Assembly: GCA_951406725.2 (NCBI GenBank)
Contig: OX597828.1
Span: 15,934,001-15,998,000 of the forward strand
Length of the DNA stretch: 64,000 bases
Source of the DNA: Octopus vulgaris
Lineage: Eukaryota
Reading direction: 5' to 3'
The position numbers and the translations under genes are program-made. The first letter of the stretch is position 1; every line of letters begins with the position of its first letter. Below, one piece after another: positions 14,444 to 30,386 of this stretch. A model generated the notes under the pieces. The model worked only from the letters and a program-made list of their open reading frames with translations, had not been told where the DNA came from and made no database searches.

Positions 14444-14480
<37 letters not shown>

Positions 14481-14667
14481 ACACACACACACACACGAAA
14501 TTATGATGAACACAAGTTTGTGTCATTTGTTCCCTACGTACATTTCAACATCGTGGTTATTTGCAGCCTCTGCAGCTGATCATTTCCATTACAAAGTGTT
14601 CCTCTGACGATCGGTTGTAGTTCAGCACACGCCTATACTGAAACAAGCAGAAGATAAAAGATAGTAC

Positions 14668-14768
<101 letters not shown>

Positions 14769-15517
14769 ACAATCATTGGTATACGGCAGCTACGATTTAA
14801 TGATAGGCAAACACATCTGTTACGGATTTTTTTGTGACCCGATGCAAGGGAGACATGCTTAAGGTTTTATGACACCACAAATCCCTGCGCAAAATAACAT
14901 CACGGAATATTGCTTGATCGACCGTATAAATAAGATATAAGCATCGACGACGGAACCGAAAACCTGTTCTTTCGAATAAAGATACCTCGAACGGGGCACT
15001 TTTATTAGTTTTTCACCAACTCTTTACAAGCATGGAATCTATTCTTAATAACTCCAAAACGTCTTCAAAGGATGTGTGTTATAGACGTACGCCTGGGTGT
15101 TTGGTTAAGAAACTTGCTTTGAGTTCAGTTCCACTGTGCGACACCCTGGGAAAGTGTCCGGGCCAATCAAAGCCTTGTGAGTGGATTTGGTAGACGGTAA
15201 CTGAGTCATGTGTGTGTGTGTGAGTGTATAATTGTGTGTATGTGTATGTATCTATGTATATATGTATCACAGGTGATCCAAACGACTAGATACGCCAAGT
15301 AAGTGCTGTAACAGGTTACCAGGGCTCCAAGCTCATAGTCGAGATGGGTATTATGGAACCATTGTAGATTTCCGATATAGCGGATATATATTTGTTAAAG
15401 AGAGCAAAAAACGCTAAGGCAAGTCATACACATTATTATTATTAAAAAATGGGATAGAAACAGCTGTAAGATTGTCAATTTAGATGTTTGCTTTGCCTTA
15501 GCGTTTATTGTTTTCTT

Positions 15518-15576
<59 letters not shown>

Positions 15577-15579
15577 TAC

Positions 15580-15630
<51 letters not shown>

Positions 15631-15637
15631 CATATAT

Positions 15638-15833
15638 GAGGGATGACCAATGTGTGGGCATCCATTATGCTAGAGGTAGACCCCATATGGTCTGAGCACT
15701 AAGAAAAGGTTGTTCTCAAGAAAATTCAGCAAACGCGTCGGCTGAATTTTCTTGAGAACAATCTTTTCTTTGTGGTCAGAACATATGGGGTCTACCTCTA
15801 GCATAATGGATGTTCACTTAGTGGTAATCCCTC
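15638..15833. repeat. About 196-bp hairpin (two ~93-bp arms) between TA runs
   Basis: CATCCATTATGCTAGAGGTAGACCCCATATG / CATATGGGGTCTACCTCTAGCATAATGGATG; loop AAACGCGTCG. Confidence 0.9.
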
Positions 15834-15973
15834 CTATATATATGTAATATAATTTTCTGAATGTTCAAATTTTTCAATATGCTAGGCCACTGATTCTAAA
15901 TTGATATTAATCAAATTAATATTCAATTTTTCACCCTTATTATTTAAATTGATATATATATATATTCAAAATA

Positions 15974-16170
15974 TGACCGCGTGTTACCGTTGGCGATTTT
16001 TTCCCCTCCATCATCCCTTCTTTGGATCTGTCATTTTCCTATGTTTCTGACGAAGAGCTCTGCTCGAAACGTTAAACCCTCCTTCTTTCCTTAGCGTCCA
16101 ATAATACTATACTTGTTCCACGTCCTCGCGTTGTTGTGTTTTGTCTTTGTGTTTTCATGTTTGGATTAAC
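15974..16170 (+). mobile_element. Short hammerhead-bearing element, family II
   Basis: Homologous to 49734-49939 over about 195 bp; 3' end abuts (TA)n. Confidence 0.7.
16043..16077 (+). ncRNA. Minimal type I hammerhead ribozyme motif
   Basis: GTTT-CTGACGA-A-GAGC(TCT)GCTC-GAAA-CG-TT-AAAC: stem I GUUU/AAAC, canonical CUGANGA, stem II, palindromic ACGU in place of stem III. Confidence 0.7.
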
Positions 16171-16194
16171 TTTATATATATATATATATAAGGT

Positions 16195-16452
16195 AAAATC
16201 CCCTTCGGTCATGAATGACTATGGGACTGCACTTAGAAAGTTACCCTCCGAGGCACAAGTCGGGACAAAGTTGTTTATGGAAGACCACCAGTCGCCCATG
16301 CATACCAGCCTCTCCTCTCCCTGCCACTGATGTTGTCCAAGGGAAAGGCAAAGACTGATACAGCTTGGCACGAGTGACGTCGCAACTCATTTCTACAGCT
16401 GAGTGAACTAAAGCAACGTGAAATAAAGTGTCTTGCTCAAGAACACAACAAC
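16195..16452 (-). mobile_element. SINE D core + tail Y, head missing
   Basis: Reverse complement of 12855-13105. Confidence 0.8.
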
Positions 16453-16857
16453 ATTTAATACTAAAATACAAATGGTATATACATAGGAATCCGGGAAGTC
16501 AACTTCAATTTGTTTATTTATTTAGGTAGATTCATCATCCATTGGCGGCTTGCCAGACCTATCGCGACGTCACGATATTACTCATTTTTGCTAGTGGATT
16601 GGACTAGGGTTACGTGAAACGAAGTGGTTTTGCTTAAGAATACAACCTAACGCCCTGTCCAGGAATGGAAACCGCAATCTTATGACCATTAGTCCAAGAC
16701 CCTAACCACTTAGCTACGCACCTCGACGAATGTGCACGTATAAATAAAATTTATGTAATATATTGATACACACACACACCTATCCATCCATCCATCCATC
16801 CGTCCGTCCGTCCGCCCGTCCGCCCGTCCGCCAGTCTGTCTGACTGTCTGTCTGTCG

Positions 16858-16950
<93 letters not shown>

Positions 16951-17153
16951 CACAAATCTGTTTGTCAGTCTCTTTCTTTCTCTCCCTCTTTCTTTCTCTC
17001 TCTCTTTCTTTCTTTCTCTCTCTCTTTCTTTCTGTCTCTCTCTCTCTTTCTAAATTTATATGTATATATTTAAATATATGTATGTATATAAATACACATA
17101 TGATTGCACACGCACATATATACGCGCGCACGCACACGCACGCACACACACAC

Positions 17154-17249
<96 letters not shown>

Positions 17250-17829
17250 GAAAATGGTATTCTTTGAAACAATAGTAGCTGAATCTTAGATTAATTAAAT
17301 ATGCTTTTCTTCATATATACAAAATATACAAAATATACAAATAAATTTGCACTGCTATGTTTTAAGGCTTTCTTTTAAATTGCGGTTTTGTTTTCAACAC
17401 CAGTCCACTGGGATAAAATACATTTGTAGGAGTATAAAACAACAACAACAACAACAACAACAACAAAACAATCGTATGAAATAGAATAAAATACAAAAAA
17501 AAAGACTACAAAAAGACTACAAAAAGACAAAGAAATAAAATACAAGATTACAAGATTACTCAAACAACAAGTAACCAATATATCTTACAGCTCTTTTGAT
17601 TTGCGCCTTTGATGTTATTCTCCCTGCTGATAGAAACATGTCAGTAAGGAATGGATCAAAAGACGAATGCTTAAAACCCCAACTTAAAATGGTACGTGTG
17701 TGTGTATGTGTGTGTGTGTGTGCGTGCGTGTGTGTGTGTGTGTGGGAGTGTGTGTGGGTGTATAAGTATGTACGTATATTCGGATATGAGGTGCGTGTAT
17801 ATATATATTTGTGTGTGTGTGAATGGACA

Positions 17830-17879
<50 letters not shown>

Positions 17880-17901
17880 CAAAGAATTTTTTATGTATGT
17901 T

Positions 17902-17937
<36 letters not shown>

Positions 17938-18222
17938 CTGTCTAGATACACACATACGCGCGCACACACACACACGCACACACACACACACATATATGTA
18001 CATGTGTATTTTGATACGTGCATACATTTATGCGTGTGTGGATATGAATATACGCAGAATTTATATATTCACATTGTATATACATATATTTGTGTATATA
18101 AATTTATATATATATATATATATATACACGTACACATATTCGTATATGTTGATAATTTATTAGACCACAGTGGCATTCGACTGCAGAATTGTTCAGAATT
18201 GTTCAAGCAAGATAGCAAAGAT

Positions 18223-18257
<35 letters not shown>

Positions 18258-19011
18258 CCCAAACTATGAAACACCCAGCCTCATCCCCAATTACTAGAGA
18301 ATTTGTTTTGGTCCTCCCGTTACCATTATCAATGAATAGACAAAGTGTTTGCGCCAATATAATTGTTTTTCGTCGCCATCACGTTAGACACGGTTAAAGT
18401 ATCTTAAAACCACTTTGTTTTAGTTGACAAGTCAATTTGCTCGTCCCTTTTTCAGTCCTTGCCACCCTTAACAATGACGCCTGTGATCCCTTCATATGAT
18501 AAATGCTGGTGTAGGCGGCACTTAAATGGTCAAAAGCAGATGCTGTAGAATAATGTAAATGATCGCTTTAAACGGATGGAACTCTTTACTTGAAATATTG
18601 AGTTCTCACACGGGTACAGGACCACACACACACATCTATACACACAATTGCACAAACACAACATACTATTTTAAAATTAGAAAAACCTGTATTTTACAGG
18701 CATGTTTTTGTCAAGCCATGATAGATAAATGGTAAATTGAAGTCCACTGGAAAAGAATACGAATTTCAGAGGAATGCCCCCCCCCCCCCAAATACCACAA
18801 GATATTTATCTGTCCGTTCTACCGATTCTTCCAGTCCACTGTCCTAATAATAATAATAATAATCCTTTCTACTATAGACATAAGGCCTGGAATTTTGGGG
18901 AAGGGGTACAGTTGCTTAGATCGATCAAAGTATGCAACTGGTACTCAATTTATCGATCCCGAAAGGATGAATAGCGAAGTCGACCTCGGCGGAATTTGAA
19001 ATCAGAACGTA

Positions 19012-19725
19012 GCGACGCAGGTGTTGTTAGGTGGAAAGAAACGAGCTTGAGGAAATGGATGAAAACAAACAAGAAAATGATGACAATGAACAAAGAACTG
19101 TACCCTAAAAGCGATATCGATAGACTCTGTGTGTCTAGACACAAGGTGGGTGGGGGAAGAGGTCTCATAGATGCAAGATCTGTGTTGCCAATGATGAAAA
19201 ATGTCTGGAGATGGTATGTGAGATTGAACCTTTGTTTGTTGCTGTTAGAAATAGCAACACGATACCTTCAGGAAATATAACACATCTAAAAATATTTAAG
19301 ACACAAGGTAGAGAACAAAGATCAAACAACTGGAAAATAAAAGCAATGCATGGGCAATATCTGAGACAAATGGAAGGGAAAGACAAGATCAATACCTGGA
19401 GGTGGCAAAGGAAAAGTGATGTGGAAAGATGCGCTTGAATCATTGATATGCATCACCCAGGAAGACGCACTGAGAACTAATTACACCAAATTGCAAACAG
19501 ATAAGATCAGTGAATAGAACCTTTATAGAATGTATGGCAGCAAAAGAAAAAGCAAAACAATCTTACACATATTGTAAATGAGTGTAACAAACTGGCCGAA
19601 AAGGAATACAAAAGAAGGACGTATGGTGATGTAGTAAAGTTTGTTCACTGGGGTTTTGTGTGCGAAGTAAGGGCTTGAAAAGATACAGAAATAGTGCGAG
19701 CATAAACCAGAAGGCGTCACAGAGA
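19012..19725 (+). mobile_element. Decayed R4/Dong-like non-LTR retrotransposon fragment
   Basis: MMTMNKELYPKSDIDRLCVSR..GGGRGL, WKIKAMHGQYLRQ, QEDALRTNY and ILHIVNECNKLAEKEYKRR..VHW motifs, typical of the post-RT/CCHC region of RLE-type elements; frameshifts and stops present. Confidence 0.75.
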
Positions 19726-20557
19726 ATAATCCTTTCTACTATAGGCACAAGGCCTGAAATTGCGGGGGGGGGGGTGATAGTCGATTACATCGATCCCAGT
19801 ACTCAACTGGTACTAAATTTATCGATCCCGAAAGGATGAAAGGCAAAGTCAACCTCGGTGGAATTTGAACTCGGAACGTAGACATTACTACCATTTTAAA
19901 CCCAGGAGGAATCCTCCTCCACCGGGTTATTCGATGCAATCTGCACCCGATATATATTGCAAACAGGGGAGTGAACTCCTACCATGCTAACAATTCTGCC
20001 AGCTCATCATCTTACAGTAACAACGTCCATGACGACGACGACGACGACAACAGCAACAATGATGATGATGATTATGATGACGATGATGATTATAATAATA
20101 ATAGTGGTCTTATTTTATTGCGCTCTTTCAATGTAGAGTCGAGTGCGTTGGTTATGTTTAGTGTTTTATTTTGGTCTCATGTTTTCTACTCTATTAAATT
20201 TACTTTACATAATAAATATTCTGAATGTTTCAAGTGCTATTTTGTGTGTCCTGTATCTGTCTGTAAGTCCTGGGCTTGCGGTTATGTATTGGTCTGCATT
20301 TTTGTTTTGTCACTTTAATTTCAACTTGTTAATATGGAGATTGTTTCTGTTTTGATCTTCCATATTCTGGTTGTCTCTATTTCCGTATCTATATTTAGAC
20401 ACTTCCTCACTATATTGATATTGATATATATATATATATTACCGTTCGTTTTTGATATAAATTATCGTTTGTTACTTTGATTGGGAAGCATTTCCTTTTC
20501 CTGTTTGTCCTTGACAAAAACAAATATTTGAGTAGCCTTCATCTTTCAGCTTGTATA

Positions 20558-20942
20558 TCTCTCTCTATATAAACGGCAGTTTGTCTGTGTGTGTTTCTGT
20601 GTGTCTGTTTGGTTGTACCCTCACTCTGACCACGGCTTTCAACCGATTCTGATGAAACTTGACACACACATAGCCCAATGTCATAATTCAAAACTAACGC
20701 AGCGAAAATTTTGAAAAGTTCCCCCAGTTCTGAAAAAGATCGATAAATTCGACATGTGGTCGACAATCAGAAACACAAACCACAGATGGTCTAGGGGACG
20801 CAACTCAACCTTTTTAACTATAAAAAAAAATTTACCATAATTTTTTTTCCCATTTTTTTGCTATTTTTTGGCTATAACTCTCTAAAAATGCTTTATAGTT
20901 ATTTCCCTTGCAAACCCGAGCAACGCCGGGCGATACTGCTAG
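20558..20942 (+). mobile_element. Non-autonomous Helitron
   Basis: 5' TC after A, internal CAACCGATTCTGATGAAACTTG, subterminal hairpin CCCGAGCAACGCCGGG, 3' CTAG before T; no TSD. Confidence 0.85.
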
Positions 20943-21014
20943 TGTTTATATAAATGTTTTTGTTTTTTTTGTCTGTTCTGAAGGAATGTCCATAATGCTG
21001 GTATGATTTCTCAT

Positions 21015-21600
21015 GTCTTTATTGCCTACAAGGGGATAAACATAGAGGGGACAAACAAGGACAGATAAAGGGATTAAGTCGATTACATCGACCCCAGTAC
21101 GTAACTGGTCAACCCCTGAAAGGATGAAAGGCAAAGTCGACCTCGGTGGAATTTGAACTCAGAACGTAGCGGCAGACGAAATACCCATTTCTTTACTACC
21201 CACAAGGAGCTAAACACAGAGGAGACAAACAAGGACAGACAGACGGATTAAGTCAATTACATCAATCCCAGTGTTTCACTGGTACTTAATTTATCGACCC
21301 CGAAAGGATGAAAGGCAAAGTCGACCTCGGCGGAATTTGAACTCAAAACGTAACGGCAGACGAAATACGTATTTCTTTACTACCCACAAGGGGTTAAACA
21401 CAGAGGGGACAAACAAGGTCAGACAAACGGATTAAGTCGATTACATCGACCCCAGTGCGTAACTGGTACTAAATTTATCGACCCCGAAAGGATGAAAGGC
21501 AATGTCGACCTCGGCGGAATTTGAACTCAGAACGTAACGGCAGATGAAATACCGCTAAGCATTTCACCCGGCGCGCTAACGTTTCTGCCAACTCGCCGCT
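21015..21600 (-). mobile_element. SINE family A with three tandem ~180-bp bodies
   Basis: One head at about 21545-21600; three repeats of GAAAGGATGAAAGGCAA.GTCGACCTCGG...GGCAGA.GAAATAC. Confidence 0.85.
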
Positions 21601-21680
21601 GCTGAAAATTCAGTGCATGAAAATTCCAAATCTATCATGCCTGAATATATATTTTTCTTAGTTAAGATTGAGGAGATATA

Positions 21681-22539
21681 ACATATTTACTTGTGTATAA
21701 GTCGAGCTATTTTATACTTGATTTTAGCTGAAAAAACAAAAAAAAAAAAACAAAAACATGCACTTATACACAAGGCAATGCTAAAACAGTTAAAAGAAAA
21801 CATTTTGCACTAATGTACATTTTGCACTGCTTGCAATATATATCGAATAAGCAGCTGGTGAAAGCGTCCTCCGGGGGTTAAAATGGTAGTAACGTGGGTT
21901 CGTACGGAACAACCATGTTGAAGTGGTAATAAACATTACTTATCCGTACAGTTACTGCTTTCATCTCTTATAAAGATCTTCTAACCAGCTAATTTGGTTG
22001 TGACTGGGTGTCATTTTATTTTATATATTGCGAGTTGGAGTGAACTACCGATGTCTCTGGCGGACGAGTATCCAGCACCGAGTATAATCACAAAAAGCTC
22101 AAACACCGCATGGTCTGGCGGCCTCGTGGTTGGAAGATGGTAGGGGTTCACTCCCCTACTTGCAATATATATCGGGTGCAGATTGCATCGAGTAACCAGC
22201 TGGAGGAGACGTCCTCTAGTGGTTAAAATGGTGGTAACGTCAGTTCCTAGGGAACAGCCATGTTGAAATGGCGATAAACACTACTTCTCAGTATAGTTAC
22301 TGCTTTCATGTCATACTCTCTTTTTTCTCCTTTTTACTCTCTTTTACTTGTTTCAGTCATTTGACTGCGGCCATGCTGGAGCACCGCCTTTAATCGAGCA
22401 ACTCGACCCCGGGACTTATTCTTTTGTAAGCCCAGTACTTATCATATCGGTCTCTTCTGCCGAACCGCTAAGTAACGGGGATATAAACACACCAGCATCG
22501 GTTGTCAAGCAATGCTAGGGGGACAAACACAGACACAAA

Positions 22540-22623
<84 letters not shown>

Positions 22624-22844
22624 TACGACAGGCTTCTTTCAGTTTCCGTCTACCAAATCCACTCACAAGGCATTGGTCGGCCCGGGGCTATAGCAGAAGA
22701 CACTTGCCCAAGATGCCACGCAGTGGGACTGAACCCGGAACCATGTGGTTATTTTCTAACTAGCTAATTTCGTACTAAGATTTGAATCTAAATTAGGGGT
22801 GCAACTACGACTTACGATAGCAACTTACACACGAGTAAATACGT
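21681..22844. mobile_element. pogo/Tc2-like TIR element containing an internal tandem repeat and a SINE B insertion
   Basis: Ends ACATATTTACTTGTGTATAAGTCG / CAACTTACACACGAGTAAATACGT are imperfect inverted repeats. Confidence 0.55.
22315..22750 (-). mobile_element. SINE family B
   Basis: Highly similar to 26650-27030 and 55558-55947. Confidence 0.9.
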
Positions 22845-22999
22845 TCGATATTGTGTCCTTCCCAAACTCCACATATTCCACAGGTACATGATGTATTCTG
22901 CTTTATTACGCGCTTTTGTTAGTTTCTGGTTGGAAGGCTTTTACTCTGACGTTTCCCAGTATGTTCCGTGGTTTTTCTTTATTTATTTACTCCCCGCTC

Positions 23000-24400
23000 A
23001 CAAATTTTATTTTTACAAATTGGCCTTGTAATGGCTTTCCTATGTTATCGCTTTAGCATGGCTTCGGAAAGTTTAGATTAATTTTTTTAGCCTCAGTTTT
23101 AGATTAATTTTTAGCTTTTTCACAATATCTATTTTCTCCTTTCTTCTCATAACAGTGTGTTTTATTTCAGTCCCTATTTTGTTTCCCCTGGCTTTCATGA
23201 AAATAGAAACAATTTATTCTTGTTTTGTTCGCATTTTGTACATATTCTATCAGTTTTCCACTCTTTTTACAAGATATTTACGTAATTCTGCAGTGGATGT
23301 CTTATAAAAGGCCCTTAGTTGCGTAAGATCCCTTCATCTTTACTTTCATGGTAAACATGTTTCTATGCAAGACATTATTTTCTTGTTTGTATTTACTTTC
23401 GTTAATAAATTACTCCGCCAGTTCAAAATATCATAATTCATTATCGAGGGAGCTACAATAGTGATGTCTATTATTGCATTTAGCATTGTTCTAAGTATTA
23501 AATTTAACGACTTCAATATCCGTTCAATTTTTGTCTTTCATTTGTTTTCGACTGTGCTTCGTTAATATCTAGGTTTATGCTTGGTTTAAATTCTCTTTTT
23601 ACTATTTCTTATATAGTGTTTGGGCTAATCTACTATCTCTGCATTTTTATCTAGCATAACATTAGCGTTCTTAATTAGCTTTCCTCTCTTTAAGGTTATG
23701 TTTAGGGCGTTTTTCTAACCAGAATATATAAATTCATGTAGTAAATCCGTATACTATCTGTAACAGCGTTTCTAGCTATCTATTAATGACAGCGTGTATA
23801 TATAGATATAGATATAGATGGATAAATAGACAGGTAAAGAAGGTGTTCATAAATTATATTTTCAATTTCCACAATTCATTGTATTGTATTGTCGTGCAAC
23901 AAATGGAGCCTGCGTGGAGGTTTTCTGATGTTTCTAATAAAACTTTGTCAATAAACTCTGCTGAGTTATCCTTACTTTACATTTTTTTCTGAATGTTTCA
24001 AATTGTAAAGGCAATTTATAGACACCTTCTGGAGATAAGGATAGATACTGAGGTTTCCCATATACAAAGGCTTAGGGCGATTTCTTCCCCTTTTATTTGT
24101 ATTCGAGTCCAGCCTGGTCTAACCTGTTGATTAAAATGGTTAGTTCCAGGAAAGAAAGCATGGAGTGAAAGAGAGATCGTCGAATACTTCTCTTCTCATA
24201 GGAAACGTATCTAATTTATATAATTTCCCTTTCTGTCTGTTTACAGAATTATTTTCTATATATTCATGATATATTTAATGTTTTTCCTTATTCTTGGTGA
24301 TAGTTTACTCATCGCTAATGGAAACACGTGTGGAGAAACCTGTTGCAAGCGGGGTACTTTATCCGTGTTGTACTCAAATCAATTTACTCCATTTTACAGT
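23000..24400 (-). mobile_element. Highly decayed Penelope-like RT/endonuclease region (tentative)
   Basis: Minus strand gives LSFLELTI (PLE-type FLD motif region) in AT-rich coding-like sequence with many stops; no YxDD recognised. Confidence 0.35.
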
Positions 24401-24936
24401 TTTCATGTTATGGTTTTGTTGGTCAGTGATTGATCTTTCATCACTTCAGGCTCGATAAAATAAATACCAGTCAAGCACTAAGATCGAGGTAATCGACTAG
24501 CTACTGCCACAAAATTGCTGGCATTGTGCCAATAATAGAAAGAACTATTATGGTTGCTAATATTACGACCATCATTGACGTCATCATATTTGTAATAACC
24601 GTCGTCATCATCGTCATTATCATTATATTTCTTTCCGCAGTATGATGCGGCACTGATTTCTGGACTAGTAAAAAAAGTACCAGCACAATCAGCCTCTTCT
24701 CATCCAGTATATTAAAAGCCACATAGGTGTGAGCTTCCACATGTCATGCCTCAGTCAATAGAGCATAGTTCAGGTAGAACTTTTTAAAACCGTTCTTTCG
24801 TGGGCATATGAAAGCTCATTTTCTCCGAATATCTATTCGAGTAAGGAAGCATTTGTTTTTGTAACGTACCTCTGCCACGTTTCTTACTTTTCCTGGAGTT
24901 GACCTGTGTCCAATATTTCCAGGATGAGATGCTGTT

Positions 24937-25413
24937 ATTGTTGTTCTTCTTCCAATCAGGACTCACGCCGTTAGTCACAAAGAATAATCTCTAATTCGAG
25001 CCTACTCTAAGCTACTAAGAATGCGTGTGGCAACTTGAAGATCCACCTACCACAAGCGATAGACTAGAGGTTGGACGGGCGCGATAGCTACGTTGTTATT
25101 CTCATTCCGTAAACGGTGGCTTTTTTAACGGGTGGAGAGCTGAACCATCCTGGGGTACAGAGGATTCGCAATCTAGACTAGGGCCTGAAAGTTTTACCAC
25201 ACCATATTTGGTTACACCATGGTTCCTCTGCTTTGTGGCATAAGTAGGAAGAAAGAGTGAGAAAAAGTTGTGGTTCACCCACCCACGCCGGAACCACGTG
25301 GAGCTTAGGTATTTTTGTTCAATAAACACTCACAATGCCCGGTCTGGGAATCGAAACCGCGTTCTTACGACCGCGAGTCCGCTGCCTTAACCACTGGGCC
25401 ATTGCGTCTCCAC
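24937..25413 (-). mobile_element. SINE head C + tail W with TSD
   Basis: Head as at 1-141; AGATGCTGTT duplicated at 24927-24936 and 25414-25423; 3' end GGAAGAAGAACAACAA on the minus strand. Confidence 0.75.
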
Positions 25414-25648
25414 AGATGCTGTTGTTGTTATTGGCGACCTTTTTAATGTCCTAAGATTCTGTATTTGTTTATCAAATCGTGACTACTTCTGTGTATTAAT
25501 GGCTTCGCTTGTTTAAGTAATAATCTTTTTCATCTTTTTTTTATGTTTTCAAATATTATGGGGGTATATTTAGTAGTACCACATTTTGCTTTTTGCTAGA
25601 ATCTCTTCCCGCCATATCAGAGGTAGCTATATTGAAACACTTATTAAC

Positions 25649-25730
<82 letters not shown>

Positions 25731-25964
25731 CGGGGAGATAAAATAAATCCGATACTTGACTCGTACTTTATTTATAGGCCCTGAACGAACGAAATCTAAA
25801 ATCGTCTTAGGTGAGATTTGAACTTAGAGAGCATTTTAACCAACGCTCGTTGCATTCCATTCTTTCGGAGTTGAAGAAGCAAGTACCAACCAAGTACAGG
25901 AGACGATGTACTTGATTACAACTGTCTCCCACTAAATACGAGGCCGCGTGCCTATAATAGAAGG

Positions 25965-25967
<3 letters not shown>

Positions 25968-26023
<56 letters not shown>

Positions 26024-26047
26024 CATCATCATCATCACCATTATTAC

Positions 26048-26143
<96 letters not shown>

Positions 26144-26158
26144 CATCATCATCATCAC

Positions 26159-26227
<69 letters not shown>

Positions 26228-26249
26228 CAATATGATGTCTGGCCCAATA

Positions 26250-26309
<60 letters not shown>

Positions 26310-26330
26310 CATCATCATCATCATCATCAC

Positions 26331-26386
<56 letters not shown>

Positions 26387-26404
26387 TAACATCATCATCA
26401 TCAC

Positions 26405-26473
<69 letters not shown>

Positions 26474-26488
26474 CATCATCATCATCAC

Positions 26489-26536
<48 letters not shown>

Positions 26537-26547
26537 CATCATCATCA

Positions 26548-26629
<82 letters not shown>

Positions 26630-26650
26630 CATCATCATCATCACCATTAT
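25968..26650. repeat. Compound (TAT)n/(CAT)n microsatellite
   Basis: Blocks of (TTA)n(TCA)nCCA repeated in higher order. Confidence 0.95.
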
Positions 26651-27030
26651 TCTCTTTTTCTCTTTTTTTTCTCTTTTACTTGTTTCAGTCATTTGACTGC
26701 GGCCATGCTGGAGCACCACCTTTTAGTACTTATTCTATCGGTCTCTTTTTGCCGAACCGCTAAGTGACGGGGACCTAAACACACCAGCATCGGTTGTCAA
26801 GCAATGCTAGGGGGACAAACACAGACACACAAACACACACACATATACATATATACACATATATACGACAGGCTTCTTTCAGTTTCCGTCTACCAAATCC
26901 ACTCACAAGGCATTGGTCGGCCCGGGGCTATAGCAGAAGACACTTGCCCAAGTTGCCACGCAGTGGGACTGAACCCGCAACCGTGTGGTTGGTTAGCAAG
27001 CTACTTACCACACAGCCACTCCTGCGCCTA
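26650..27030 (-). mobile_element. Full-length SINE family B inserted in (TAT)n
   Basis: Head reverse complement GGCGCAGGAGTGGCTGTGTGGTAAG...GGGTTCAGTCCC; TAT repeats on both sides. Confidence 0.9.
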
Positions 27031-27032
27031 TA

Positions 27033-27092
<60 letters not shown>

Positions 27093-27321
27093 TGTAATTA
27101 TTAAAGTGGAGAGCGGGTAGAACCGTTGGTGTGTGGGAAAAGTGCTCTTCAGTATTTCTGACGACTCATTACACTCTGAGTTCGAATTCCGTCGTTGTCA
27201 ATTATGGCTTCAATCCCTGCGGGGTCGATAAAAAAAACACCATTCAAGTACTGGGACCGATGTAATAAACCTACGGCCTTCCTTTAAATTGCTGACCTTG
27301 TGCCAAAATTAGAAACGATTT

Positions 27322-28383
<1,062 letters not shown>

Positions 28384-28674
28384 TGTAGCTGGTGTAATTT
28401 GTTTGTTTGTTTGTTTATAACAACTGTTTACCTTTTGTTCACTTGAGGGGTGATAGCTTAACGAGAAACGCAGAAAAGGATATAAAATATAAACAAAAAA
28501 ATAATACAACAAAGCAAAATGAATAAAGTTAAAAAGTTAGGAAAAACAATATGGAGTTCGTTCCGTGTTTACACTGTTTACAGCTCTGAGACATCACTTG
28601 TCAGTCGTATATATTGGACGGGGAATTGTGGTTTAGATTTGAGATACAAACACAAAATTTTCATTTCAAATTAC

Positions 28675-28706
<32 letters not shown>

Positions 28707-28841
28707 ATATATATATATATGTATATATATGTATATATGTATATACATATACGTATATATGTAGATATTATACAGATACATATATATGTATATATATAAG
28801 CATATATATATATACATATACATACATGTATATATATATGA

Positions 28842-28876
<35 letters not shown>

Positions 28877-28978
28877 CATGCCTATGTGCATATGTATATG
28901 TGTGTGTACGGATACATGTATGTATATATATGCATATATGTATATATATATATATATATACACATCCATATATATATG

Positions 28979-29059
<81 letters not shown>

Positions 29060-29314
29060 GTATATATATCTATATGTATGTGCATATATATATATATGGG
29101 TATATTTATATACATATGTATATCTATACCAATGCATTTGATATTTATATGTTTGTATGCATATGCATATATATATATACACACACAAACATAGTGAAAG
29201 TGTATATATTTATATATATGCGTGTGTATAAGAGTACACGTATCTGTATAAATGTAAATCTACATATGCGTAAGTGTACATATACACAAATGTAATTTCA
29301 TACATATACAGTTG

Positions 29315-29368
<54 letters not shown>

Positions 29369-29369
29369 G

Positions 29370-29421
<52 letters not shown>

Positions 29422-29764
29422 TGTGTGTGTGTGTACACGTCTGTGTAAATGTGCGCAACTGTTACTTTGTGAATAATAATAATAATAATACATTTAAATA
29501 AGTTTCTCGATGTTGAGAATAAGTTTTTCTAAACTCGCCGGGCATAGATACACGTACAGAAATACACACACGCACACACAGCTGCAAACATATTCACGTC
29601 CGCGTATACCCACCTGCTCACGTGCTTTCATACACACACATACGTATATAGAAACATAAATGCATAGATACATACGTACATACATACATGCATTCATGTA
29701 TACATACACACACATACATACATATACACATACATACATAAATACATACCCCCACATATATATG

Positions 29765-29819
<55 letters not shown>

Positions 29820-30386
29820 GTATACATATATATGTATATATATGAACACCTGTAGTTATACAGATATACCACCTATACGCACACGCATGTATACACATGT
29901 ACAACACAACAAATACACTCACATACACAAACATAATAAGACACATGCACACATCCATACATATGCACACACAAGCCTATATATATATATATATATATAC
30001 ATATGCACCGTGCATATATTAACACGGACAACAGCACCTACGCACACTTATATGTGTACAGTCATACAAACCGATGTATTTCTTCTCTCGTGCATTAGCA
30101 TTGCCTACATCCTGACTTGTATTCTCTTTTTACACACTCAGGGATTTTTCTTCCGTGACTCAGCCGTCTTATTTTAATGAATTGACTTAGGGTTTTTGAT
30201 AGTTCAATATGTTCTCTCCATAGCACGTAGGTGTGGCTCTGTCGTTAAGAAGCTCGCTGTGCAACCATGTAATTACGAGTTCAGTCCCACTGCGTGGCAC
30301 CTTGGGCAAGTGACTTCTACTACGGCCTCGGGCCGACCAAAGCATTGTGAGTGGATTTGGTAGACAGAAATGTAAAGGAGCCCGCC

